Positions 27,259 to 36,903 of a stretch of 64,000 nt of DNA are shown piece by piece; position 1 is the stretch's first letter; each line of letters starts with the position of its first letter. Source of the stretch: Vulcanimicrobiota bacterium (GTDB taxonomy: Bacteria > Vulcanimicrobiota > Xenobia > Xenobiales > JADMJV01); assembly GCA_050250895.1 (NCBI GenBank), contig JBFWNU010000005.1, positions 352,001 through 416,000 of the forward strand, given 5' to 3'. The notes below the pieces were generated by a model that searched no databases, was not told the DNA's origin, and was given only the letters and a program-made list of their open reading frames with translations. The position numbers were made by a program, and so were the translations under genes.

Positions 27259-29741
27259 GGGTGGGTGCCTGCTGTTTGGCCCTGCTGTTGATGCTGGCCC
27301 CCGTGGCCAGGGCCGACAGCCTGGAAGAGATCACCGAGCAGTTCTTGACCGAGACCCAGCCGGTAAAGCGTCTGCATCCTCTCGAGTACCTGGTGCCTGG
27401 GCTCGAGTTCTCCAAAGGTGTCGACAGTGGCCGGATACTGCAGGCTTGTCGGGAGCGCCCCGAGCTCTACCGACTGGTTTTCAATCTCTTGGAGCCGACG
27501 CCTGAGACTCAGAGTGAAGTCAGGGAGCACTATCGTCCGACCGAGGAAGAAATGGAACGATGGGTCGCTTTCTGGTCGGAGCTCCGAAAGAGCGGAGAGC
27601 CTGAGGACACCGAGTTCTCCCCGACTGTTGTAAAGAAGCTCGAACGGCATGACACTCGTGCGCAGGCGGTTCGAGTACTGCTGGCCGGTGAGCCGACTCC
27701 TGAGCGTCTACGTCCGCTCTTGCCCTGGATTGAAGAGGAGAACTGGTGTTCTGGCCCATCGCAGCGCGCGCTCTTCGTGGCGCTCCAGAAGGTTCGGGTA
27801 GAAGAAGCCTCGGGACCCCTGCAAAGGCTGTTGGAAAGCGGCCAGTCTAAACATCTTGACCAGGCAGCGCTCGCCCTCGCCGTTCAAGCCGGGCGGTCGT
27901 CCGAGGACCTGATCCGCAAAGCGATGCGAGATTATGACGATGGTCCCGGCTTTCTCGAGGCTCTCCACTTGTTGGGGTGCTTGCGGCGGGACGATGTCGT
28001 CTCGAGGTTGGATCCCCCCTACGGATCGGCCGTTGCCAGGTGGCTTCGTGACCGGAAAGACCCACCGGTAGAGGTCTGTGGCTGGATATTGGGTGCCCTA
28101 CCCGAACTCGAACGCCGGGAATCTTATACGGGCTCCCGTTGGATTACCCTGGCTCTTCAGTGGGACCGGCCGGAGGTAGACGACTTCCTGGTCGCTCGAT
28201 TGATGCGCGAAGAGGTGACTCCAGTGGGGCTCGCGGGCCTGTTATCGCGGGCTCCCCTACGTCCGGATTTGAGTAGGCTCGACCTCTCCGGCTACAAATG
28301 GGGCTACGTGGCTCTTCTCTCCAGGAACGAAGCCGCGCTGGCCGACATCTTCGGCTCTTCTGATCGGCGTGCCAAACGGGCCGTTCTGGCCGGGGCCCGG
28401 AGGATTCATTATCGATTACCAGAGACGATTGTCGATGCCGCCCTCACTGACCCGACCGTGGTGGATGCTGCTTACCTATATCTCATAGGCTGCTACGAGC
28501 CTTGGGCCCGCGAGGCTCTGAAGGGACGCGCCCCGGCCGGCCTGGTGCTCGGGCGTGACGGCGGCGCTCCATCGGAGAGAGAGCGGCCCTTTTTAGGTGA
28601 GTTGGCTGATCCTGAGGGGCCCCGCAGAATCGTCACATTCTTCCAGTATTGGGGCTACGCGCACGCCGAGACTTCGGTAATCCGTGAATGGGGCGACCGA
28701 GCAAGCTACTGGTGGGAGCCTGACCCCTACCGTTATGTCGTGGCTGACCTCCAGTCGGCGAGGCTTGCGGGGCTAATGTCGTTGCTCGAGGAACCGAGCA
28801 CATCCACTCTGCCCGCCCTTGGTTCTGGCTGGAGCCACCCCGCTGGCTTTCTTCTCACTTACCTGACGAAGAGCGAGCGCTGGCGCATCGAGAGCGAGGT
28901 AGACATCACGACTTACCACCCCTATCTGAGAATGGAACTCCTGGAGGCCGTTCAGGGGCCGCATCTCCGCTTACTCAAGGAATTTATCAAGCTCCAAGAC
29001 TTGGGCGAGCTTCGTTACAAGGTGATCGACCAAAAGGGTGGTCGCGTTTTGAAGGCTGACCGAACTCGCCACCTAGAGAGTGATCGTAATCTTCACCATT
29101 CGGTAGTCAGACTGAAGACGATGGCCGGGAATTTGGTGGCTGACCATCGGGGTTTGGTTTTGGACGAGGAGGTCGTGGCCAAAGGCTATTTCATGGACGC
29201 GGCCGTATCCTCGGATGGAAGATGGGTTGCCGCCAGTACCAGGGTGAACGAATCAGCGCCGCCGGAAGCCCTCGTGCTCTTCGATGCCAAAGAGCTGGCT
29301 GCCAGGCCAGCGCGTTTGGCACAGAGTTTTAGCATCCATCCACTTCGCTACATTCCAGAGCTCGAGCGGTTCCTGGTGTGGTGTCCTCAACGAGACCAGC
29401 CGGAGTTCTTTCTGGTCAATCCCCAGACCGGCGATTGGCAGGCAGCCGAAGGGGAACTCTCGCCTTATACTCACAGCTGCGACTTTCAGACGAGTTCCTG
29501 GCCAGACTGGGTTTGGGCCACTCGAATCCGTCAGCAGGGCGATGTGGACGTGACCGAGGTCGGTCTCTACCACCGTTATCAGTTTGTGTTTTTGCCCGCT
29601 GGAACCTATCCGCATCTGCTAGCGAAGTCCAACGAGATCGAGGTGCTTCCCGACCAGCGGGTGGTCCGGGTGCGGCTGGTCAACGACGAAATCGAGCTTC
29701 CGCTCGACACCGTTCCAACCCCCACTTCCAGCTGGAAGTAG
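27255..29741 (+). CDS. Large secreted hypothetical protein (helical-repeat N-half, beta-rich C-half)
   Basis: Signal peptide MRVGACCLALLLMLAPVARA; AVSSDGRWVA propeller-like motif; codon usage looks less GC-biased than core genes. Confidence 0.75.
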   Translation: MRVGACCLALLLMLAPVARADSLEEITEQFLTETQPVKRLHPLEYLVPGLEFSKGVDSGRILQACRERPELYRLVFNLLEPTPETQSEVREHYRPTEEEMERWVAFWSELRKSGEPEDTEFSPTVVKKLERHDTRAQAVRVLLAGEPTPERLRPLLPWIEEENWCSGPSQRALFVALQKVRVEEASGPLQRLLESGQSKHLDQAALALAVQAGRSSEDLIRKAMRDYDDGPGFLEALHLLGCLRRDDVVSRLDPPYGSAVARWLRDRKDPPVEVCGWILGALPELERRESYTGSRWITLALQWDRPEVDDFLVARLMREEVTPVGLAGLLSRAPLRPDLSRLDLSGYKWGYVALLSRNEAALADIFGSSDRRAKRAVLAGARRIHYRLPETIVDAALTDPTVVDAAYLYLIGCYEPWAREALKGRAPAGLVLGRDGGAPSERERPFLGELADPEGPRRIVTFFQYWGYAHAETSVIREWGDRASYWWEPDPYRYVVADLQSARLAGLMSLLEEPSTSTLPALGSGWSHPAGFLLTYLTKSERWRIESEVDITTYHPYLRMELLEAVQGPHLRLLKEFIKLQDLGELRYKVIDQKGGRVLKADRTRHLESDRNLHHSVVRLKTMAGNLVADHRGLVLDEEVVAKGYFMDAAVSSDGRWVAASTRVNESAPPEALVLFDAKELAARPARLAQSFSIHPLRYIPELERFLVWCPQRDQPEFFLVNPQTGDWQAAEGELSPYTHSCDFQTSSWPDWVWATRIRQQGDVDVTEVGLYHRYQFVFLPAGTYPHLLAKSNEIEVLPDQRVVRVRLVNDEIELPLDTVPTPTSSWK

Positions 29742-29752
29742 CGGCGGCTAAA

Positions 29753-29787
29753 TGTTGTGATCTCTTAATATTGGAGATTTCGCAACA
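29753..29787. other. AT-rich imperfect hairpin (terminator or element end)
   Basis: TGTTGTGA-TCTC-TTAATATTG-GAGA-TT-TCGCAACA, 11 nt after the stop at 29741. Confidence 0.5.
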
Positions 29788-30025
29788 GAGGTCCAAAGGC
29801 ATCGGGCCAGAGAGGCCATCCCCAGGCCGGTCCAGCAGGGCGGCCACGGCGTTCGGTGCCGGACAGGCCGGATCGAGTCATTTTCACCTCGGCAGTCTCC
29901 CACGCCGCATCCTGTCGTGTCGCGCTAGAACGCTTTAACCATGCCGTTTGGCTGCGTTGATTCACAAGGCGAAGTTGAGTAAAATAAGATCATTCCTTGA
30001 TTGTTTCTCGCCCGGAGGTCTTCTC

Positions 30026-31390
30026 ATGTCACCGACTCTTTCCGAACTCTCGCACTCCCTGCAACGACTGTCCCACCAGGACCTACACCAGCGCAATTGC
30101 CAGGCCGGCACCCGTGCCTTTGGCTGTGAGTGGGAACTGGCTGCCCACCTGTTGGCCACCGAGCGCAGCGGTCTCTATCGCCACATGGGTTGCGGCAGCG
30201 TGGTCGGCTACGCGGTGACTCACCTGAACCAGCACCCGCAAAAGGCCGGCGAACTTCTTAGCCTGGCGCGTGTGTTCGAGAAGCTGCCTCTTCTGTCCGA
30301 AGCCTTTCGAGAGGGGAAGCTTTGCTGGAGCAAAGCCCGGGCGCTCAAGCGAATCACCACCCCTGAAAACGAGCGGGAGATGCTGGATTTCGCCCTCAAG
30401 AACAAGGCCCAGACGGTGGAGCGGGCGGTGGCTTTGACGCCTGCTCAGCACAAACGCGGTCAGGCCTTGAAAGCCTCGCTCGAAGCCAGCGAAAGCCAAC
30501 CCGAATTGTCCCTTGGCGAGCAGCCGACGGCCGCCGCGCCCGTGGTCCAGCCGGCGCCGGTTCCCGAGGTGCCGAAGCTGATCCAGGTGACTCTACTGTT
30601 GACCCCCGACCAATACGCCGTCTACGAACAGGCCAGGCGCCTGGTCGAGGCGCGCCAGGGTAAGCGAGTTAGCAAGGAAACCGCTGTGACCGAAATGGCA
30701 AGCCAGACGCTGGCCTCTGCGGACAACCGCAGCAAGGTGCGCCATCAAGTCATCGTGCACGTGAACGCCGAGTCCGGTGAGGGATTTTACGATACCGAGC
30801 GGGGGCTCTTGCCGGCCGAGCCCGCAGCCGTGGACGAAGCCCTCAAGCAAAAGGGGATCGTGGTGGCTGGTGCTAAGACCGAACTTCCAGGTGGAAGTCC
30901 TCAGGCCGAGCAACTACCGTTGCTGCCCCCGCCATCCAAGACCCGGCCCTCGATTCCTGTGGACTTGCTGCGCGCGGTCTTCACCCGCGCCTGCGGTCGC
31001 TGTGAGCGATGCGCGCACGCGGGCGGCAATCTGGTGGTGTACCATATCCGGGCCTGGTCCGAGACCCGCCGCCACCGGCTCGAAGACCTGGAGGTGTTGT
31101 GCCCGGGCTGCCACGCGGCCGAGCATACCAAAGACTTTGCCGAGAAGCCAGTTGGAAGGCCGCGCGGGACGCCGCCCGCCAGCGCCGAACGCCATCAGGG
31201 TAAACGGGCGGCGGCAGAGATCGGTTCGAGGGGAAGCCGTCTACCAACCTTGCTGCTCACCGACTTGCTTGCCGAGCAAACCGGCGCAGAAGGGTGCGGC
31301 GTCTTGCGTGACCAGCGTTGCGGCGATGGGGATCATTCGTTCGAGGAAGATCTGCATTTGCTCTTGAGTCCGAGACACGGCTCGCCTTAG
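30026..31390 (+). CDS. DUF222-like / HNH endonuclease; likely frameshift near the 3' end
   Basis: GGAGGT RBS; AFREGKLCWSKAR helix motif; CERC..YHIRAWS..LEDLEVLCPGCHAAEH; an alternative frame ends at TAA 31203. Confidence 0.8.
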   Translation: MSPTLSELSHSLQRLSHQDLHQRNCQAGTRAFGCEWELAAHLLATERSGLYRHMGCGSVVGYAVTHLNQHPQKAGELLSLARVFEKLPLLSEAFREGKLCWSKARALKRITTPENEREMLDFALKNKAQTVERAVALTPAQHKRGQALKASLEASESQPELSLGEQPTAAAPVVQPAPVPEVPKLIQVTLLLTPDQYAVYEQARRLVEARQGKRVSKETAVTEMASQTLASADNRSKVRHQVIVHVNAESGEGFYDTERGLLPAEPAAVDEALKQKGIVVAGAKTELPGGSPQAEQLPLLPPPSKTRPSIPVDLLRAVFTRACGRCERCAHAGGNLVVYHIRAWSETRRHRLEDLEVLCPGCHAAEHTKDFAEKPVGRPRGTPPASAERHQGKRAAAEIGSRGSRLPTLLLTDLLAEQTGAEGCGVLRDQRCGDGDHSFEEDLHLLLSPRHGSP

Positions 31391-31905
31391 GTCCTTCTGC
31401 TCGCAGGCGAAGGGTTCACCGGGGTCATCCTCGGGACCGTCATATCGGAACTCGACCCGGCCATCCTGGACGTCAACGCGCAGGGAGGGATGACCTATGC
31501 CGATATATAGGCACGGAGACGCCTGGTCGGAAGTTCCAGCGGCCCGCCAGTCTTTGAGGTCTCGCAAGGTCGCGCAACACTGTGGCCAACACACATCGTC
31601 GTCGGCGTCGCGAAGAACATAGCCGCCATCCAGCGCCAAAGGAGGGATGTCGTCGAGTTCTTTGCCCAACAGAGCATAGCGCACCGGGCGGCCAATTCGG
31701 TCTGGCCGTCGAGACTCTGGAGTTCGACAAACAGCGAGTCTCCCAGTGAACGGAGGTTGCCGAAACCAAATTCGGTGGTAGCCTGATTCCAGAAGCGCCG
31801 CCAGTTTTCGTCGCGGGGAAACGGGTCGATGGGGAAGTCGGGGAGGATGCGCCACGGCGCGATCTCGACAACCGGGACAAGAAGGGGCAGGCGCACTGTG
31901 TTCAT
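31241..31905 (-). pseudogene. Frameshifted hypothetical gene
   Basis: N-half MNTVRLPLLVPVVEIAPW (ATG 31905, GGAGAG RBS) and C-half LDGGYVL..PQCCATLRDLKDW..GHP are in different frames, switching near 31680. Confidence 0.6.
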
Positions 31906-31965
31906 GGTCTCTCCGCAGGTCAGGTCCCACTGGAACGCGTAGTGGAAAAGTGGGAGGTCCGTGAG

Positions 31966-32475
31966 ATGAGAGTTCTGATTTTGCTTCTAGCACTCCTGGC
32001 CGTGGCCAGCGCAGACGGTATCACCGGACCGGGGGAGTATCAGCAACCGGATGGAGTCTACTGTCTTTCGATTCCCTCTGGTTGGTCGACGACGCCGGGG
32101 ACCCCGGCGACCGAGCTGATGATGCGTAAGGACGGCACCGGCCTGCAACCGCGCCTGACGGTGCGCCTGGAGAAGGGCGGCTATACGCCCACGAAGGACT
32201 CGGTGGAAAAGGACTTCGAGCAGTTCGAGAAGCTGTTTCCGGATCACCAATTCAAGCTGACCAGCGTGAAGAAGGTCAAGGTGGGCAAGATGGCTGGATT
32301 TCGCCTGGTCGGCACCGAGAAGGGGCCGAAGGTGTACACCACCCACGTGATGCAAAAGCTGGCGATGCCCGACGGCCGGGTCCTCAATGCCCACGGGCGG
32401 GCCGAGTCCGCGAGCCAGCAGGCGAGTAGCGCCAGCAAAGAATTGCTCGAGATTCTCGATAGCATGAGGCCTTAA
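31966..32475 (+). CDS. Secreted PsbP/DcrB-like protein
   Basis: GGGAGGT RBS, signal peptide MRVLILLLALLAVASA, YCLSIPSGW and C-terminal ILDSMRP. Confidence 0.7.
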   Translation: MRVLILLLALLAVASADGITGPGEYQQPDGVYCLSIPSGWSTTPGTPATELMMRKDGTGLQPRLTVRLEKGGYTPTKDSVEKDFEQFEKLFPDHQFKLTSVKKVKVGKMAGFRLVGTEKGPKVYTTHVMQKLAMPDGRVLNAHGRAESASQQASSASKELLEILDSMRP

Positions 32476-32476
32476 G

Positions 32477-32974
32477 ATGGACTACCGCCAGGCGGAGCCG
32501 GTTGCCGGCTCTGAGTTTCACTCCGACCCGAACCAGGGGATTTATCGGGGCGAACTGGGCGAAGCTGTCTACAAGCGGGCCGATTCGATGGTCGTGGTCG
32601 AGGACGAGCCGTGCCATCACAACCCCGCCGAGCAAGGCGATCGGGCTGGCCACGGTCGCACCTTGACCCGCTGGGTCTTTTCAGAAGACGGATCTAAGGC
32701 CGAGGGGCTGACCCACTCCGGATTCAACCTCCTGGTCGATTTCTATCTGGAACCGGGGGTAGCCGTGGGGCTGCACCCTCACCACGACAAAGAGGAAGTC
32801 TACTATGTTCTCGAGGGCGAACTGGACGTGACGACCGAGACCAGCCAGGGGGCGGTATCGGCGCGGCTTGGCCCGGGCGACGCCCATTTCATCCGCCTGG
32901 GGCAGTCTCACTATGCCGTGGCCGGGCCGGCGGGGGCCAGAGCCATCGCCGTCTGCTTCAGTAGCGCTCGATGA
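32477..32974 (+). CDS. Cupin domain protein
   Basis: GLHPHHDKEEVYYVLEG and LGPGDAHFIRLGQSH cupin motifs. Confidence 0.9.
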   Translation: MDYRQAEPVAGSEFHSDPNQGIYRGELGEAVYKRADSMVVVEDEPCHHNPAEQGDRAGHGRTLTRWVFSEDGSKAEGLTHSGFNLLVDFYLEPGVAVGLHPHHDKEEVYYVLEGELDVTTETSQGAVSARLGPGDAHFIRLGQSHYAVAGPAGARAIAVCFSSAR

Positions 32975-33569
32975 CCTCGGTGTAGCGGACCGAGCCGATC
33001 TGGCTAGCGATCTGCCATTCTTCATTAGGGCCCATGGTGATGGTCTGGCGCAGGGGCGAGTCGCCGAGCTTGCCATAGACCTCGACTTGATCACCCTCTT
33101 TCACGACCTTCGCGGCGTAGCGTTGGCCTCCGACCTCGCCACTCATGTAGGCCAGGTGAAAGCCGTCGTTGCTCATGTCAAGAGCCAGCGAGGTCGAGAA
33201 CTCGACACTGCCGGCCTCGCCGTCGACTCCGAAGCCTCGTCCGCCTCCGCGCAGCAGGCTATCGATGGGGCCTCCCGGCGTGTCGCCGACGGTGCGGCGG
33301 CCGCGGGGGGCGGGCACGGCCTCGAGAGTGAAGGGCTGGCCGTTCATCTCGCCGGTGTAGTCGAGCTTGCGGTCGCCGGGCCTTTGCTCGTAGGTCATCA
33401 CCTGGTCGTCGCTAGTCACGGTTACGCGGCCGGCCAGAGGGCCGAGCACCAGGCCCACCCACAGGTCCGCCCCGGGCATGACCATGGCTTCTTCGGGCGT
33501 GTCGATAGACGACAAGTCGAAGGCAGGTTGTGAGAGCGAGCGAGGGCGGACGGTCACTGAACCGATCAT
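32958..33569 (-). CDS. Hypothetical beta-strand-rich protein
   Basis: GAGGTG RBS-like element before ATG 33569; repeated G-x-x-G-G hairpin-like units. Confidence 0.7.
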   Translation of the reverse strand: MIGSVTVRPRSLSQPAFDLSSIDTPEEAMVMPGADLWVGLVLGPLAGRVTVTSDDQVMTYEQRPGDRKLDYTGEMNGQPFTLEAVPAPRGRRTVGDTPGGPIDSLLRGGGRGFGVDGEAGSVEFSTSLALDMSNDGFHLAYMSGEVGGQRYAAKVVKEGDQVEVYGKLGDSPLRQTITMGPNEEWQIASQIGSVRYTEVIERY

Positions 33570-33635
33570 AGGCACCTCGAAGCGGAGCTTAGTGGATCAA
33601 CCGAGCCGGGATGTTACCGGCAAGCGAACATCGGG

Positions 33636-35390
33636 TCAGACGCAGGTCGTGACCAGCTTGTCACAGCGAGACCCCAGTTCGACCAGCGAGTAAGGTTTGG
33701 GCAGAAAGTCCGAGCGAGCCGGACGCTCCTGGAGCCGTTCTTCAGTATAGCCCGAGACCAGCAGAATCGGCGTCTGCTCGTCGATTGACCGGATTCGGCC
33801 GGCCAGCTCGTTGCCGTCCATGCGGGGCATGACCACGTCGCTGATGACCAGGTCGAAGGTTCCTGGTCGGAACAGCTGCCAGGCCTCTTCGCCATCGGCC
33901 GCCTCGGTGACCTGGTGCCCGCGCCTGCGTAAGAACTTGCAGAGCACAGCTCGCACCGAGCTTTCGTCTTCGGCCACCAGGATCTTGAGGTCCTGGGTTG
34001 GAGACGGTGGGAGCGAAGGGTCGAGCGCTGGGGCGAACCTGGCCAGCACCAGTGGCAGGCTCACCACGAAGCGCGTCCCCTGGGGGAGGGGCTCGGCCCG
34101 GACGCTCCCGCCCTGCTCGCGGGCCAGGCGGTGTACGATGGTCAAGCCCAGGCCGGTTCCGTCTTCTTTGGTGGTGAAGAACGGCTCGAAGAGGTTTTCC
34201 AGGTCTTCCAGGCCCGAACCCGTGTCGGTGACGGTGACCTGCACTTCCGTGTCGACCTGGGCTAGACCCAACACCAGCCTACCCTGGCCCTGCATGGCCT
34301 GGTCGGCGTTGACAAAGAGGTTCAGCAGAATTTGGTAGACGGCCGAGAGGTTGACGGCCACTCGCGCCTCAGGGCACTGGTTCTCGAGGCAAAACTCGAC
34401 CCCGCCCGAGAGCGAGCGTCGCAGCAGACCGGTCAGTTCGCTCAATAGCTCGTGGGTGGTGAAGACGCGGCGATGGTTGCGGGCTTGCCCGGTCATGTCG
34501 GCCAGGCGCAGGGTGAGTTCGGCCGAGCGGCGGACCGCGTTCTCCATGTCGGTCAAGACTTCGCGATCGTCGCTGGCCAGGGCCGGGTCTTCTTCGATGA
34601 GAGTCAAGTGGCCGCCGATGGCCGTCAGCAGGTTGTTGAACTCGTGGGCGATGCCGGCCGTCAGGCGCCCGAGCGACTCGATGCGATGCTGGTGCCAGAG
34701 GGCCTTTTGCAGGGCAGCCTCGTCCATTTTCATCTGGCGCACCCGTTCGAGGCGATCTTCGAGTTCGAGGGAGCTGTTCTTGACTTCCTCGTCCAGACCG
34801 TCGCGCAGGGTCCGGCTCAACCCCAGTGCCTGGTTGAGCGAATGCTGAACTTTGACCTGATCTTGAAAGGCTCTGAATTGTTCGGCCAGGGCGGCCAGGC
34901 GCTCGGTGTACGAGACCCAGGCTAGCAACACCGCTACCAGCACCACGATCGGGGCTAGCCCCAATTCGCCGGCGTAACTGGCGCAGGCAACCCAGGAACC
35001 CAGCACCAGTGAGCCGTTGGCCAGAAAACAGCGGGTGCGGGTCTCGGTCACGCCCAGGGTCACCAGCAAGAGCAGAAAATAGGCTGTGTGAGACACCTCT
35101 GGCTCGAGCACTTTGCCCATCAGAGTCGCGGCGCTCAGCACGGCATAGCTGAGGAAGGCCAGGGGATTCGCCAATTGCGAGGGCAACCTCGGCAATTGGG
35201 TAAGCTTGAGATAGCCGACGTAGAAGATGGCCAGAAACAGGTCACGCCACAAGAGAGACTCCATGATCTCGGCCGGCGCCTGAAGCGCGTCGCTGATGGT
35301 GATCAGCGCCATCGCCATCAAGACCAGGCGCGAGGTCTCGCAGAGACCGTACAGCTTGAGCCGATTGAGGTGCTCGTCAAATGGAGTCAT
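33636..35390 (-). CDS. Hybrid membrane histidine kinase with C-terminal receiver
   Basis: AHEFNNLL, NLFVNA, DTGSG, FFTTKEDGTGLGL, then AEDE, SDVVMP and KP; start MTPFDEH at 35390. Confidence 0.95.
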   Translation of the reverse strand: MTPFDEHLNRLKLYGLCETSRLVLMAMALITISDALQAPAEIMESLLWRDLFLAIFYVGYLKLTQLPRLPSQLANPLAFLSYAVLSAATLMGKVLEPEVSHTAYFLLLLVTLGVTETRTRCFLANGSLVLGSWVACASYAGELGLAPIVVLVAVLLAWVSYTERLAALAEQFRAFQDQVKVQHSLNQALGLSRTLRDGLDEEVKNSSLELEDRLERVRQMKMDEAALQKALWHQHRIESLGRLTAGIAHEFNNLLTAIGGHLTLIEEDPALASDDREVLTDMENAVRRSAELTLRLADMTGQARNHRRVFTTHELLSELTGLLRRSLSGGVEFCLENQCPEARVAVNLSAVYQILLNLFVNADQAMQGQGRLVLGLAQVDTEVQVTVTDTGSGLEDLENLFEPFFTTKEDGTGLGLTIVHRLAREQGGSVRAEPLPQGTRFVVSLPLVLARFAPALDPSLPPSPTQDLKILVAEDESSVRAVLCKFLRRRGHQVTEAADGEEAWQLFRPGTFDLVISDVVMPRMDGNELAGRIRSIDEQTPILLVSGYTEERLQERPARSDFLPKPYSLVELGSRCDKLVTTCV

Positions 35391-36783
35391 TGGTGCTCTC
35401 CTCAAACCAGACCTGGAAGGTCGAGCCACCGCCCGGGCAACTGGAGGCCTCGATCTTGCCACCGTGCTGGTCGACGATGCCTCGCACCGCCGACAGACCC
35501 AGGCCCGACGTAATGGCACCCCGCTTGGTCGAGTAAAAGGGCTCGAAGAGCTGGTGGGAGAGTTCCTGGCGAAAGCCGACTCCGCTGTCGGTGAGGCGAA
35601 AAGCGACTCCAACGGCTTGACGGTATACGGTCAGGCTCAACCGGCCGCCATTGGGCATGGCTTCACAGGCGTTGGTCACCAGATGGAGCAAGACCTGTCC
35701 GAACTGCATCCCGTCAACCCGGATCACGGCCTCGGGACATTCCACTTCGAGGTTCGTTTCGATGCGTTCCTGGACGAAGCACATAAGCGTTGGCCAGTGC
35801 TCCTCGAGCAGGTCCGCCACCCGCCAGGGGCGGATCATCAGCTCTTGCTTGCGGCTGAAGGCCACCAGCTTGCGGGTAAGGTCGCTGGTGCGCTCGACCA
35901 GTGGGCGCAGGGCCGTAAGGCACGACGACGAGGCCGGCGAGAGGTTGGGAACTGCTTCGAGCAATTCCAGGCCGCCGCCCACCACGGTTAGCACGTTCTT
36001 GAAGTCGTGCGCCACCGAGCCGGCCAGGTTGCCGAGCGAGTCGATGATCTTGGCGTTCTCGAGTTGTTGGCGCAGTTCGCTCTGCTCTTGAGCGCCGCGT
36101 TCAAGTTCTTGCAGGGCGCTCAGCAGTTGGCTTCGCTTCTGGGCCACCCGGTGGGCCAAAACGCTACGGCTTTGTTCCACCGTAGCAATGGCGGCCTCGA
36201 GTCGCTTGCTCTGCCGGCCGACCTTCTGCGAAAGCCGAAACTGCTCGGCTAAAACGTGGCGTCTTAGCTGCAGAAACATCGCCGCTGCCCCCAGGGCGAT
36301 GACGATGATCGAGCCGTGCTCGAGTAGCTTGGGGTCATTGCGGGCCAGCACGACCAGGCAGGTGCTGGCGGCCGTCAGTCCGGCCAGACTGGCCCAGAAC
36401 CGATCCAGGACCAGGACCCCCACTGCCAGGATCAACACCTCGAAGAGCTCGGTGAAAATCTGGACGCCCCTCAGCCTGTGGCTGAGCAGGATGTTGGCGC
36501 TGCAAACGGCAGTCAGCAACAGTGTCAGAGGATTGGCCCACTCGGCCGAGATCTCCCGTTGGAGCAGGGCCAGGCACAGGGCGACGGTGGCTGCCGTCGA
36601 AAGATAAATCAGATAGACTCCCGGAGCCGGCGCTTGAGCCTCGATCGGCAAGAAAACGAACTCGACCAGAATCATGGCCACCAGAATGCGGCCCATCGAT
36701 TCCCGCACGATTTCGCGGAAGTAGCCCTCGACTTCCGGCGCTTCCGGACGCAACCATTCGGCGATGCCAAAGATATTGGCCAC
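35377..36783 (-). CDS. Membrane histidine kinase
   Basis: TM N-terminus, AHDFKNVL, LVTNACEA, DSGVG, FYSTK..SGLGL. Confidence 0.94.
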   Translation of the reverse strand: MANIFGIAEWLRPEAPEVEGYFREIVRESMGRILVAMILVEFVFLPIEAQAPAPGVYLIYLSTAATVALCLALLQREISAEWANPLTLLLTAVCSANILLSHRLRGVQIFTELFEVLILAVGVLVLDRFWASLAGLTAASTCLVVLARNDPKLLEHGSIIVIALGAAAMFLQLRRHVLAEQFRLSQKVGRQSKRLEAAIATVEQSRSVLAHRVAQKRSQLLSALQELERGAQEQSELRQQLENAKIIDSLGNLAGSVAHDFKNVLTVVGGGLELLEAVPNLSPASSSCLTALRPLVERTSDLTRKLVAFSRKQELMIRPWRVADLLEEHWPTLMCFVQERIETNLEVECPEAVIRVDGMQFGQVLLHLVTNACEAMPNGGRLSLTVYRQAVGVAFRLTDSGVGFRQELSHQLFEPFYSTKRGAITSGLGLSAVRGIVDQHGGKIEASSCPGGGSTFQVWFEESTNDSI

Positions 36784-36903
36784 GTTCGTCCCCCTTCACT
36801 CGGGTGATTGCCCCTGGGGGCCGACGACCCTTGCGTCATTCGGAGTTTGGGAGCGAACAGACGTTTCGGAGGGCCGGACCGGTGCGAGATTGAATTTCCT
36901 TCT

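Noticed and set aside
30026-31390. IscB/Cas9-like RNA-guided nuclease
   Set aside because: No PLMP or RuvC motifs; the layout fits a DUF222-like HNH protein.
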